From contig DATLNW010000014.1 of the NCBI GenBank assembly GCA_035536575.1, positions 1 to 37,915 on the forward strand: 37,915 nt of DNA. The letters are read 5' to 3'. Source of the stretch: Lysobacterales bacterium. Lineage in GTDB: Bacteria > Patescibacteriota > Microgenomatia > Levybacterales > UBA12049. Below, piece by piece: positions 22,851 through 31,075 of this stretch. A program made the position numbers and the translations under genes. Numbering within the stretch: the stretch's first letter is position 1; every line of letters starts with the position of its first letter. The notes under the pieces are model-generated. The model was not told the origin of the DNA and did not search any database. It worked only from the letters and a program-made list of their open reading frames with translations.

Positions 22851-25703
22851 ATGGCAACAGAAGGAGCAACAGCTGTAGATGTAGCAACAGCAGCAGCACG
22901 CGCAGGAGAGCCTCGTCCCAACGCAACGCCAGCGGGCGTTGTGGAGCCTGATGGAAGAGTCAAGCCAGCCAGACGGTTTTTTGGTGCTAAAGATGTATCT
23001 GTTGCCGTTGAGCCTGATATTACAACGGGTGTTAAGCGAAGGGAAGTAAGCAGAAGCGGATCTACAGCAGAGGTTGGATTTTCAGCAGTAAGCAGGGGAG
23101 CGATGGCTGACCGGATCCGTGAGCGTTTGGGGGTAAGCCAGGAGCTTTTTAAAGACAAAGCCAGGCTTGATGTAATTGATAGGATACTTCTTAAGCGGGG
23201 AGAAGAGATAGCAAGTAAAATAGATGCTTCCTCAGAATTAACACGGGATGAGTTGGCCCTTGCATGGACTGTAATACAAGATGATCTTAGGCAAAAAGCT
23301 TCTGCTGCAAAGATGGCAGTTGATGAACAACCAGAGAAATTTCAGAAATTGAAAGATGCTCCTGTCATTGGAGGAATTTTCCGCCGTTACGCGTCCGAGG
23401 CAACAACAAGAGTTACCGAGTCAGATGGTCCAAGGCTTACAACAGAAGCTGTTAAGACGCATGGTATAACCGAATGGAATCAAGACGCAATAGCAGCTGA
23501 GTTACGACAGCTTAATGAGCTAAGGGCTGATATAGAGGGAAAACTTGGTTTTGGAACTCGTTCTGCAGACAGGACTTTGCCAAATTTTGATAAACAAAAT
23601 GGAGATTTGTTGCACGATTCTGTAGTTAAGAGCTTGAGTCTAATTCTTGAGCGGAAGCACCTAGAGAGTTCATTGGCAGAATTGCGAAAGATAAATCGAG
23701 TAGAGGCTGCGAGCATTGAACAGCAAGCAATTCAGGAAGGCTTGATGCGCTTTGCCCAAGAGCAGGCAAAAGCTTTATTAATAGCAGAAAGACCGGATGT
23801 AGACATAGCAAGGATTCAAAATCAACTCGATAAGATAAATAAGCCTGCTGATCAGGAGGAAGTGGATAAGGCTCATGCAGAGGCGCATCAGGCAATCCAG
23901 GACAAAAATGACGCACAGACGAGGCTGGACCAGCTCACAAATTCCAAAGAAAGTGTGATAGATGCAGTTGAGGATACTGAAGAAGCAAAACAGGAAGCAA
24001 AAGATAACTACGATAATTTGAAGCCTATTTTATCTGCCGAGATTAAGTCATGGGAAGCTCGTTTGGATGCTCTACCTGAGCCAACAGCCGATGAGATAGC
24101 AGATAAAGATGCTATGAGAGCTTACAACGAAAGAGATGCAACAAGAAGAAAACCAATAGTGGCTGAAATTGATAAACGGCATTTAGAAATTAGACGTTTA
24201 TTGCTTGAACAGACCAAAACAGATTATGCTCATACAAAAGCGGTGCGGAAAAAAGATGCGCTTTTGTCAGCTGATGATACCTTGAGGGGTTCTCTGGCCT
24301 ATGCAAAAAAAGAACTTACAGAAAAAGAAGTCGATTTAAAGAAAAAACTAAAAGCTGAGGAAAAGCTAAAGGAGCCTGCCGGACAAAAAGCCAATAAAAA
24401 GCGTGGGCTTGAGATATGGAAATCAGTCATGGAAAGGGACTCAAACGGGGTGCTAAACTATGAAAAGATTATTTCAACAGGTTTTGCCCAGGGAGGAGAC
24501 GAGGCAAGATATACTCAGGACCAGTTCGCGGACACCACGGCAACTGGGGGTACTTTTGTAGGGGCCGAGCTACTGCGGGAATCGATTTTCGGTGTTATTA
24601 AAGACGAATGGGTAAGTGACCCCAAGAATAAAGCACTGATCCGTAAAATGCTATCAGATGAGGCAATAGGACGTGGGATTGTGCGTATTTTTAGTATAGA
24701 TACAACTAACTATGGCTTAGCAAATCTTCTGCCCCAACTGGCCAATGCAGATCAGGCCCAGATAGGAGATTTGACACGTTTTCTTATCAGCGAAGGCTTG
24801 CGTTCGGCCGAAAAAGGCGATCCGTTCCTCAAAGTCTCAGAAAGGTACGCAAAGCCAAAGGCAAGAATTGAGCATGAGGCACTTGGAATATTGGAAGAGG
24901 AGATGGGAGTAGTCAAGCTAGAAAATATGGGTACTCTGGTTAACCCGCGTGTTATATGGGAAGGACCTGTGAGGGAAGCTCACGGTCGGATATTTGGATC
25001 ACTTATTCCTATTACACATACTGAGCTTAACTTCAGGGTTACTGAGGAATTTAACCGTGGCCTGGTAATAGCAGGTGTGCAGATTGAGGTCAATGAGGAA
25101 TTTTTAAAGTATTTGCCGGTTAATGTGTCAGCTAATATGCCTGAGGAGATACGCCGCTATTTTTATGATTCAGCAGGAGCGGTAAGAACGGAATTAAGAC
25201 AGCCCTCAGACAGAACGCTCAGATCTTTAAATATTCCTGAATGGATCACTATTTCAGATCCTGCGATGAATGGTGGAACCGGGCAACTGGAAAAATTCCA
25301 CGCCGTTACATCAGCTGATATGCTTAACGCTCTTGGGGCAGCTTACTCATCAGAAATTCCACGTAAATTGGCAACCCAGACAGCAAATAAAGTGCTTGAT
25401 ATGCCTCCTGCCGAGCGCAAGGATGCTATAAAAGGTCTTCCGGAGTTCAATATAACGTTTGCGGAAGCAGATACAGGGAATCCTATTAATTGCAGTATAC
25501 GTTTTGATAATAACGGCATTTTCTGGATTTCAGACGGAGGTGAAGAAATGCAGCTTGAGGCTTATTATACAAGACGGGAAGAGAATTATAGAGGGGATAG
25601 GCAGACACTTGAGTCTGCTGAGAGAGAAGCATTACAGCAGGAAATGGCAACAATACAAGAACATATCGGGATGAGGATTCTAGAAAATCAGCAGTATAAG
25701 TGA
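22851..25703 (+). CDS. hypothetical 950-aa protein, central coiled-coil-like region
   Basis: long ORF; AAGGAG 7 nt upstream of ATG 22851; E/K/A/Q-rich heptad-like middle third; no motif recognised. Confidence 0.85.
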   Translation: MATEGATAVDVATAAARAGEPRPNATPAGVVEPDGRVKPARRFFGAKDVSVAVEPDITTGVKRREVSRSGSTAEVGFSAVSRGAMADRIRERLGVSQELFKDKARLDVIDRILLKRGEEIASKIDASSELTRDELALAWTVIQDDLRQKASAAKMAVDEQPEKFQKLKDAPVIGGIFRRYASEATTRVTESDGPRLTTEAVKTHGITEWNQDAIAAELRQLNELRADIEGKLGFGTRSADRTLPNFDKQNGDLLHDSVVKSLSLILERKHLESSLAELRKINRVEAASIEQQAIQEGLMRFAQEQAKALLIAERPDVDIARIQNQLDKINKPADQEEVDKAHAEAHQAIQDKNDAQTRLDQLTNSKESVIDAVEDTEEAKQEAKDNYDNLKPILSAEIKSWEARLDALPEPTADEIADKDAMRAYNERDATRRKPIVAEIDKRHLEIRRLLLEQTKTDYAHTKAVRKKDALLSADDTLRGSLAYAKKELTEKEVDLKKKLKAEEKLKEPAGQKANKKRGLEIWKSVMERDSNGVLNYEKIISTGFAQGGDEARYTQDQFADTTATGGTFVGAELLRESIFGVIKDEWVSDPKNKALIRKMLSDEAIGRGIVRIFSIDTTNYGLANLLPQLANADQAQIGDLTRFLISEGLRSAEKGDPFLKVSERYAKPKARIEHEALGILEEEMGVVKLENMGTLVNPRVIWEGPVREAHGRIFGSLIPITHTELNFRVTEEFNRGLVIAGVQIEVNEEFLKYLPVNVSANMPEEIRRYFYDSAGAVRTELRQPSDRTLRSLNIPEWITISDPAMNGGTGQLEKFHAVTSADMLNALGAAYSSEIPRKLATQTANKVLDMPPAERKDAIKGLPEFNITFAEADTGNPINCSIRFDNNGIFWISDGGEEMQLEAYYTRREENYRGDRQTLESAEREALQQEMATIQEHIGMRILENQQYK

Positions 25704-25715
25704 TAAGCTAAAATT

Positions 25716-26048
25716 ATGATCTCTATTCAGCAACTTATTAATGTAGCACCTTTTCCGCAGGAAACAAAAGATGAGCTTCTTGCAAAATGTGATGATATGT
25801 CAGATTCAAAAAAAATTGAGGTGGAAAGTCTATGTTGGGCTCTTATCTCGCAGTGGTATCAAAATGAGTTGGGGGCTAGACAGGAAAAAGCAATGCTTGA
25901 AATGGCGGAAGGAGGCAAGATCTCCAGCAAAGAGGATTTTGCCAAGATGAGCGATACTCTTTTTGCCGAAATAGTAGGTAAATTTAAGGTTGAGGAAAGT
26001 CAGGAAGATCTGGAGGAAGTACGAGCCAAATTAGCGAATTTAAACTAG
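25716..26048 (+). CDS. hypothetical small acidic protein
   Basis: 110-aa ORF 12 nt after the preceding gene. Confidence 0.6.
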   Translation: MISIQQLINVAPFPQETKDELLAKCDDMSDSKKIEVESLCWALISQWYQNELGARQEKAMLEMAEGGKISSKEDFAKMSDTLFAEIVGKFKVEESQEDLEEVRAKLANLN

Positions 26049-26109
26049 GCTACCTTCCGTTTACAATTCTCCAGTCAGGGAATGAGGTATTTTGAACCTC
26101 CCCCACATA

Positions 26110-26928
26110 TTATGGTCTTTCTTCATCAACCTTGCCGACTTCTTTTATCGCTTCAAGTGTTTCTTCAGGCTTGAGCTTGGTTGTATCAATGTTCTCAGCC
26201 CTATAAATAACCAGCATTCCCTCGATAATCTCTTTGGCGCGCAAAGCATCGCTTTTCCAGAGAGTGGGAACGTAGACTGTGCTTATTTTTAACGGGTGAG
26301 GACCATAGTCAATAATTAATTTTCCCATAAATAGGCTCACTTCTACCCTGACATCCATAATTTCTTTAATAAGTATACTTGTTATTGTTTCTGTGAAGAA
26401 AAAGGTCTTTATTTTGATATTTACTTTATTCGCATCAATTGTTATGGTGTTTGGGAAGAAATCAAAAGGGAAGATTGCCTTTGCTGAAAGAAGTATTTTC
26501 TCAGTTCGGGATACAAGTATATCTAAGTCTTTTTTTGTTTCCTTAATCTCGTTTTGTCTGGACTTGCTCTTGTCTTCACTTTCATCTGCTTTTTTCTCCT
26601 TCACCTTGGAACTGCCGTCCATGCTTTTCATTTCCTGTGGGGTAAGGAAGGGATCACTAGCCAGTCTGTCGGCCATTTCTCCTATTTCCATATCGCCTTT
26701 ACCACCTTTTTTTCCAGTCTGCTCCACTGATTCTTTGGAATCCTTTTCTTCCTCCTTTGGTTCGGATGACTTTTTGGACTTGCTTGAGCGGGTTCTAACT
26801 GGCAGCTGCCCGCCGACTACAACATCCTGATAAAGATCATTGGTTTGTTTCATAAGGCCAACAAGTATATTAAATATGCAATATAAAACGGATAGAATAG
26901 GGTAAGAAGCAGATAAGAGGAGCAGCAA
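26110..26928 (-). CDS. hypothetical protein: N-terminal hydrophobic segment, K/E/S-rich linker, beta-rich C-terminal domain
   Basis: ORF; start uncertain (TTG 26928 or ATG 26853); any bacterial PH-like or VirB8-like resemblance is speculative. Confidence 0.6.
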   Translation of the reverse strand: MLLLLSASYPILSVLYCIFNILVGLMKQTNDLYQDVVVGGQLPVRTRSSKSKKSSEPKEEEKDSKESVEQTGKKGGKGDMEIGEMADRLASDPFLTPQEMKSMDGSSKVKEKKADESEDKSKSRQNEIKETKKDLDILVSRTEKILLSAKAIFPFDFFPNTITIDANKVNIKIKTFFFTETITSILIKEIMDVRVEVSLFMGKLIIDYGPHPLKISTVYVPTLWKSDALRAKEIIEGMLVIYRAENIDTTKLKPEETLEAIKEVGKVDEERP

Positions 26929-26945
26929 TTAGCCTTGGGACTGAC

Positions 26946-26973
26946 TTGCAAAAAATAATCAGTGTGGTATAGT
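26946..26973 (+). promoter_or_regulatory. promoter of the secreted-protein gene
   Basis: TTGCAA-16 nt-TGgTATAGT (extended -10), 12 nt to ATG 26986. Confidence 0.5.
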
Positions 26974-26985
26974 AGATAGGATTTC

Positions 26986-27549
26986 ATGAAAAAGAAAAGT
27001 TTTATATTTATAGGAATATCTGCAGTTTTTCTAGCTGTTCTTCCTCATGCTTTTGCCTACAGTACAGTTAGTATCTCGAGTAACGGGGAAGGGGCAACGT
27101 CCAGCGTAGATGTGACCACAAATACCGGTAATAATACGGTTTGTGTAAATGGAAACTGCACTACCTCACAAGGCTCAACAGGTAAAAGCACAGTGTGCAT
27201 AAACGGTAAATGCACAACATCAGATGGAGATATTAAAGCCGAGTCTGAGGATGGGTCAGCAAAGGTAAATATAAAAAATAATAGTTCCTCGGTAAAAGTT
27301 GAGCAAAAATCCGATAGCAAGACAAGTATTCAGATCAATCAGGAGTCTTTGGGAGCCAGTATAAAAGCAGATACAGACGAAGAAGCAGCTAAAAAGAAAA
27401 TAGAAGAAGAAAAAAAGAAGGCTCAGAAGAAAATTGAAAAAGCAAAAAAAGAAGCTGAAAAAGATTTTGATCTTCAGGAATTTGTGGAGCACCAGCTCGA
27501 ATTTTTGAGAGATCTTGTGACGTTTAAGTTTCTATTTGGTGATAAATAG
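26986..27549 (+). CDS. secreted protein with duplicated Cys motif and K/E-rich C-terminal helix
   Basis: signal peptide MKKKSFIFIGISAVFLAVLPHAFA; VCVNGNCTTS / VCINGKCTTS repeat. Confidence 0.8.
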   Translation: MKKKSFIFIGISAVFLAVLPHAFAYSTVSISSNGEGATSSVDVTTNTGNNTVCVNGNCTTSQGSTGKSTVCINGKCTTSDGDIKAESEDGSAKVNIKNNSSSVKVEQKSDSKTSIQINQESLGASIKADTDEEAAKKKIEEEKKKAQKKIEKAKKEAEKDFDLQEFVEHQLEFLRDLVTFKFLFGDK

Positions 27550-27560
27550 CTGTATTTTTT

Positions 27561-27643
27561 TGTCATTCCCGCGAAGGGCGGGAATCCATCCAACGAAGCG
27601 CTCAGGATGAACTGGATCCTCGCGACCTGAGTCGGGGATGACA
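27561..27643. mobile_element. GC-rich MITE-like palindromic element, copy H1 (intergenic)
   Basis: TGTCATTCCCGCGAAGGGCGGGAATCC ... GGGGATGACA; terminal inverted repeats. Confidence 0.7.
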
Positions 27644-27658
27644 GAATAAGTGGTTTAT

Positions 27659-28480
27659 TTATAGTACATAAAGATCCTGATTGTAGCCTCCAACCCCAAC
27701 GAATTCAGCCTCATGATTTATAACCGCCTCAAACGGTAGGCACGCAAAACAGCCACCCTTTTTGCATATATATTTACCTATAAGCCTTGCGCTTTTTACT
27801 TTTTTTGCGATTTCCAACACCCGCTCATGCGCCTCGTCTTTATCAGGCAGGCTCATTTCCAGAGGACTATCATCTCGGTCAAGATACCAATAACTGGCTT
27901 TGGATACCAATCTGTTCTGACAGTTCTCAACCAGCAAATAGTAAATAGGAAGCTGAAGCGAGTTGGGATTTTCATCGTTTCTGCCGGTCTTAAAATCTAT
28001 AATGTGAAGCGTATCATCAGGCAAATACTCAAGCCAGTCGATTTTTCCGCAAAGAATTATATTTTCCTCAAGTGATAAATAATAATTCGGTAGATCTTTT
28101 GGGATCTTAATTGCCTTCTGAAGCAGGGGACCGGGATTGTCCATTACCCTTTTGAGCATATTTACTCCACGCTCTTTTACCTGCTTTTCAGTTTCCTCAT
28201 CTTTAAATCCCCCAAGCTTACCACTTACCTTTTCCCATAACAAATTATATTTATCAAGAAGAGACTCACTAAAGCGTTTGTCAAAATCCAGAACAGATAA
28301 GGCTTCAAGTACTTCATGTACCGTTTGCCCCAAGGCAAGTGCTGGATTAACAATATTTACTTTATGCCCTGATGCAGGGTCTTTGTAGACATTCCGTAGA
28401 TAATAAAGCCTCGGGCAGGCGAGAAAATCGCTGATTGAGGAATTGGATACCCAGACGGCCGTGTATTTATCTTTGGGCAT
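27659..28480 (-). CDS. PD-(D/E)XK nuclease, Cas4/RecB-like with 4-Cys cluster
   Basis: N-terminal FLACPRLYYL; GKIDWLEY, IIDFKTG, QLPIYYLL motifs; C-terminal CKKGGCFAC. Confidence 0.8.
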   Translation of the reverse strand: MPKDKYTAVWVSNSSISDFLACPRLYYLRNVYKDPASGHKVNIVNPALALGQTVHEVLEALSVLDFDKRFSESLLDKYNLLWEKVSGKLGGFKDEETEKQVKERGVNMLKRVMDNPGPLLQKAIKIPKDLPNYYLSLEENIILCGKIDWLEYLPDDTLHIIDFKTGRNDENPNSLQLPIYYLLVENCQNRLVSKASYWYLDRDDSPLEMSLPDKDEAHERVLEIAKKVKSARLIGKYICKKGGCFACLPFEAVINHEAEFVGVGGYNQDLYVL

Positions 28481-28504
28481 ATTGAGATTATGAAAAATTG
28501 AAAA

Positions 28505-28915
28505 CTAAGGAGTAAGAACAGGCAATCTAAGATCTCCCAATTGAAGGCCGAAGAATCCAAGTACAAGTTGGAGGAAGAAGTAGGCTAAAAATGCAATGAT
28601 CAGACCGATAATAGCAGCAACTATATGTTTTCTAGCCTCATCAACTTTTCCTTTATCTCCACCCGATGTTATCCAACGGATACCACCCCAGATTAGGAAA
28701 AAGAGGGCAATTAGAACGGCTGCAATCAACAGAACTGTGACGATGGTTGAGACAATGTTCCCGATACTGCCTGCATTTAGACTACAAAGACGGCTGAAAT
28801 TTGTCCCGCCTCTCTGACCTGCTGCACAGGGATCAATATCTTGTTGTGCAAAAACGGGAAGTGCTGACGCAGCTAATAATCCTAATCCTCCTAAAAATGC
28901 GGATACTTTTTTCAT
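28505..28915 (-). CDS. TrbC/VirB2-type (T4SS) pilin-like protein, paralog 1
   Basis: signal peptide ..ALPVFAQQ; two TMs flanking WGGIRWITSGGDKGKVDEARKHIVAAIIGLII. Confidence 0.65.
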   Translation of the reverse strand: MKKVSAFLGGLGLLAASALPVFAQQDIDPCAAGQRGGTNFSRLCSLNAGSIGNIVSTIVTVLLIAAVLIALFFLIWGGIRWITSGGDKGKVDEARKHIVAAIIGLIIAFLAYFFLQLVLGFFGLQLGDLRLPVLTP

Positions 28916-28925
28916 GTCTTAATCT

Positions 28926-28955
28926 ATCTTAGAACAATATTTTTATAGTTGTCAA
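28926..28955 (-). promoter_or_regulatory. promoter of pilin paralog 1
   Basis: TTGACA-18 nt-TAAGAT, 10 nt to ATG 28915. Confidence 0.45.
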
Positions 28956-28969
28956 TACACCAATAGTTG

Positions 28970-29293
28970 TTAATTTATGCTCAATAAAGGAACATTAAAG
29001 AAATAACCAATCATACCAATGATAAAAAATGAAACAAATGAAATGATAAGCCCGATAACAGCCCAGGTTATTTTGCTTCTTGCCGCCTGAAGCTTGGTCT
29101 TGTCCCCACCTGAGGTTATCCACTGGATTCCGCCCAGAACTATGAAAATCAAAGACAGTACAAGACAGATTATAAGCATTATCGTATAGCTGTTGCGGAA
29201 TACCTTGGTCACGGTACTAAGGCCTCCGCTGGGAATACCTGCGGGTGCGTTAATTGTTTGTTGTCCGGGAAGTGTCAGGGAAAGATAGTCCAT
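28970..29293 (-). CDS. TrbC/VirB2-type pilin-like protein, paralog 2 (start ATG 29293 or 29299)
   Basis: LGGIQWITSGGDKTKLQAARSKITWAVIGLII between two TMs; no obvious signal peptide. Confidence 0.65.
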   Translation of the reverse strand: MDYLSLTLPGQQTINAPAGIPSGGLSTVTKVFRNSYTIMLIICLVLSLIFIVLGGIQWITSGGDKTKLQAARSKITWAVIGLIISFVSFFIIGMIGYFFNVPLLSIN

Positions 29294-29299
29294 AAACAT

Positions 29300-29328
29300 A
29301 GACTACTCATTTTCTAATAGAAAAACAA
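29300..29328 (-). promoter_or_regulatory. promoter of pilin paralog 2
   Basis: TTGTTT-17 nt-TAGTCT, 6 nt to ATG 29293. Confidence 0.45.
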
Positions 29329-29337
29329 GTAGGTAGG

Positions 29338-29434
29338 AATTGTTCTATTGCTAGATTGCTACATTGCTCCCTCACCCATACCCTCTCCCAGAGGGAGAGG
29401 GAACAATTTAACAATGTAACAATGAAGCAATGTT
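29338..29434. repeat. family E octad hairpin, copy E1, with central GC palindrome
   Basis: ATTGTTCT ATTGCTAG ATTGCTAC ATTGCTCC .. CCCTCTCCC-AGA-GGGAGAGGG .. AACAATTT AACAATGT AACAATGA AGCAATGT. Confidence 0.85.
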
Positions 29435-29473
29435 ATGTCATGACTCTCACTCAAGATGGGGATTTGATTATGA

Positions 29474-29502
29474 TTGAACAATCAAACCAAAGGCAGTAGA
29501 AT
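29474..29502 (+). promoter_or_regulatory. promoter of the ATPase-wHTH gene
   Basis: TTGAAC-17 nt-TAGAAT, 7 nt to ATG 29510. Confidence 0.55.
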
Positions 29503-29509
29503 AGTATTT

Positions 29510-30904
29510 ATGCAGCAGCAGCATTTTGAATCACTCTATCCGGATACTGCAAGGCAAATTGACATAGAGAAGATCATAAGTTACATAAAAGAGGGCTCAA
29601 GTTGCCAATTGTTAAGTATTCCCGGTGCAGGGCGCTCAACAGTTTTTCGCATACTTGCAAATAATAAAAAAGTCCGCTTGAAGCATCTTGGGGAGCTGCA
29701 AGCAAAAACCCATTTTGTTCTGGTCAACTTTTCAGAGATACGAAAACGTCCACTTTTTGACGCGATGAAGTTCTTATTCCTCTCAGTAGCTGATTCTCTT
29801 CGCGAACGGGGCATGAATACGGAGTATGAAAAAGTTAATGGTCTTTTTAGAGATTCTCTCAAGCTTGGCGATGAGTTGGTGCTCTTTCAGGCTCTCAAAC
29901 AAGCTATTGATTATCTGTCGCTCACGCGGAAAATGAATATCGTAATGCTCTTTGACCGCTTTGAGGAATATATACCAACAGTTACAAGTGAGTTTTTTAC
30001 CAATCTTAGAGCTTTGAGAACCCGCGCCAAATATCAATTTTCAGTCATATTTTCACTTAATAGACCTCTTGAATCGCTTTTGGATCCCACTCAGCTTTCC
30101 GATTATTACGAATTTGTGGAAGGACACGAGGTATATCTTACTTTGAGTGATGATGTGACTACAGAATTTAGAGTTAAATATATTGAAAAAATAACAGACA
30201 AAAAGTTGCATGGGGAATTATTGGGACAGATTATTAAGGAGACCGGGGGAGTTGGGAAACTAGTTAAGCTCTCAGTTGAGGCGTTGCTCAGTGATATGTC
30301 ATCCCCGCGAAAGCGGGGATCCATGGATTCCCATTTTTCCTCCAAAGGCGGTCTGGCGCATGGGAATGACAAGAATCTTTTGGGAGAATATCTCTTCTCT
30401 CAAAAGCAGATTAAAGAAGCTCTTTCTGAGATTTGCCGCTCTCTAACACCGTCTGAGCAGGTGACCCTTATCAGGCAAAATTATGATAATAAGGAGGCAG
30501 TTGAGTATTTAGAATGCATAGCCATTTTATCCAAAAACAAGATACAAATCCCTTTATTTGAACAACATATTAGAACACATATGTCAGATTTTAAATCTAG
30601 CCCAAAAAAGATTATTTATGATGGGGATAAGAATATAATTAAAATGGGAGAAGTTGTACTTTCAGATCAGCTCACATCCGCTGAATTTAAGCTTCTGAGT
30701 TTTCTTTTGCAAAGTACTGAACGGATTGTAACGCGGGACGAAATCATAGGAGTGGTTTGGTCAGAGGTGAAATCGACTGCAGGAATTACCGATCAGGCCG
30801 TTGATCAGTTAATTTTCAGGGTAAGGCGCAAGATTGAGGAAGACCCAAACAGTCCGCAGCATTTGTTAACAGTCAAAGGTCGTGGGTTTAAGTTTATTCC
30901 CTGA
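29510..30904 (+). CDS. P-loop ATPase fused to a C-terminal OmpR/PhoB-type winged-helix DNA-binding domain
   Basis: Walker A-like PGAGRST, Walker B-like IVMLFDRFEE; C-terminal LTSAEFKLLSFLL...DQAVDQLIFRVRRKIE...LLTVKGRGFKF. Confidence 0.8.
   Translation: MQQQHFESLYPDTARQIDIEKIISYIKEGSSCQLLSIPGAGRSTVFRILANNKKVRLKHLGELQAKTHFVLVNFSEIRKRPLFDAMKFLFLSVADSLRERGMNTEYEKVNGLFRDSLKLGDELVLFQALKQAIDYLSLTRKMNIVMLFDRFEEYIPTVTSEFFTNLRALRTRAKYQFSVIFSLNRPLESLLDPTQLSDYYEFVEGHEVYLTLSDDVTTEFRVKYIEKITDKKLHGELLGQIIKETGGVGKLVKLSVEALLSDMSSPRKRGSMDSHFSSKGGLAHGNDKNLLGEYLFSQKQIKEALSEICRSLTPSEQVTLIRQNYDNKEAVEYLECIAILSKNKIQIPLFEQHIRTHMSDFKSSPKKIIYDGDKNIIKMGEVVLSDQLTSAEFKLLSFLLQSTERIVTRDEIIGVVWSEVKSTAGITDQAVDQLIFRVRRKIEEDPNSPQHLLTVKGRGFKFIP
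30297..30371. mobile_element. GC-rich MITE-like element, copy H2, inserted in frame (75 nt)
   Basis: TGTCATCCCCGCGAAAGCGGGGATCC ... GGGAATGACA; encodes SSPRKRGSMDSHFSSKGGLAHGND. Confidence 0.7.
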
Positions 30905-30911
30905 TAAATTT

Positions 30912-31002
30912 ATTGCTCCATTGTTAAATTGCTAAATTGTTTTTTTGCGAAAAGAACAATAAGTGAGTTGCAGCGAACGCAACAATAGAACAATGTAACA
31001 AT
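30912..31002. repeat. family E octad hairpin, copy E2
   Basis: ATTGCTCC ATTGTTAA ATTGCTAA ATTGTTTT .. GTTGC-AGCGAAC-GCAAC .. AACAATAG AACAATGT AACAATCG. Confidence 0.85.
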
Positions 31003-31075
31003 CGTCCACATTGTAATCTTCCTGTAATCCAAATATCAAGTCTGTTTTGCCCCCAGGAGATACAATCTCTCCACT

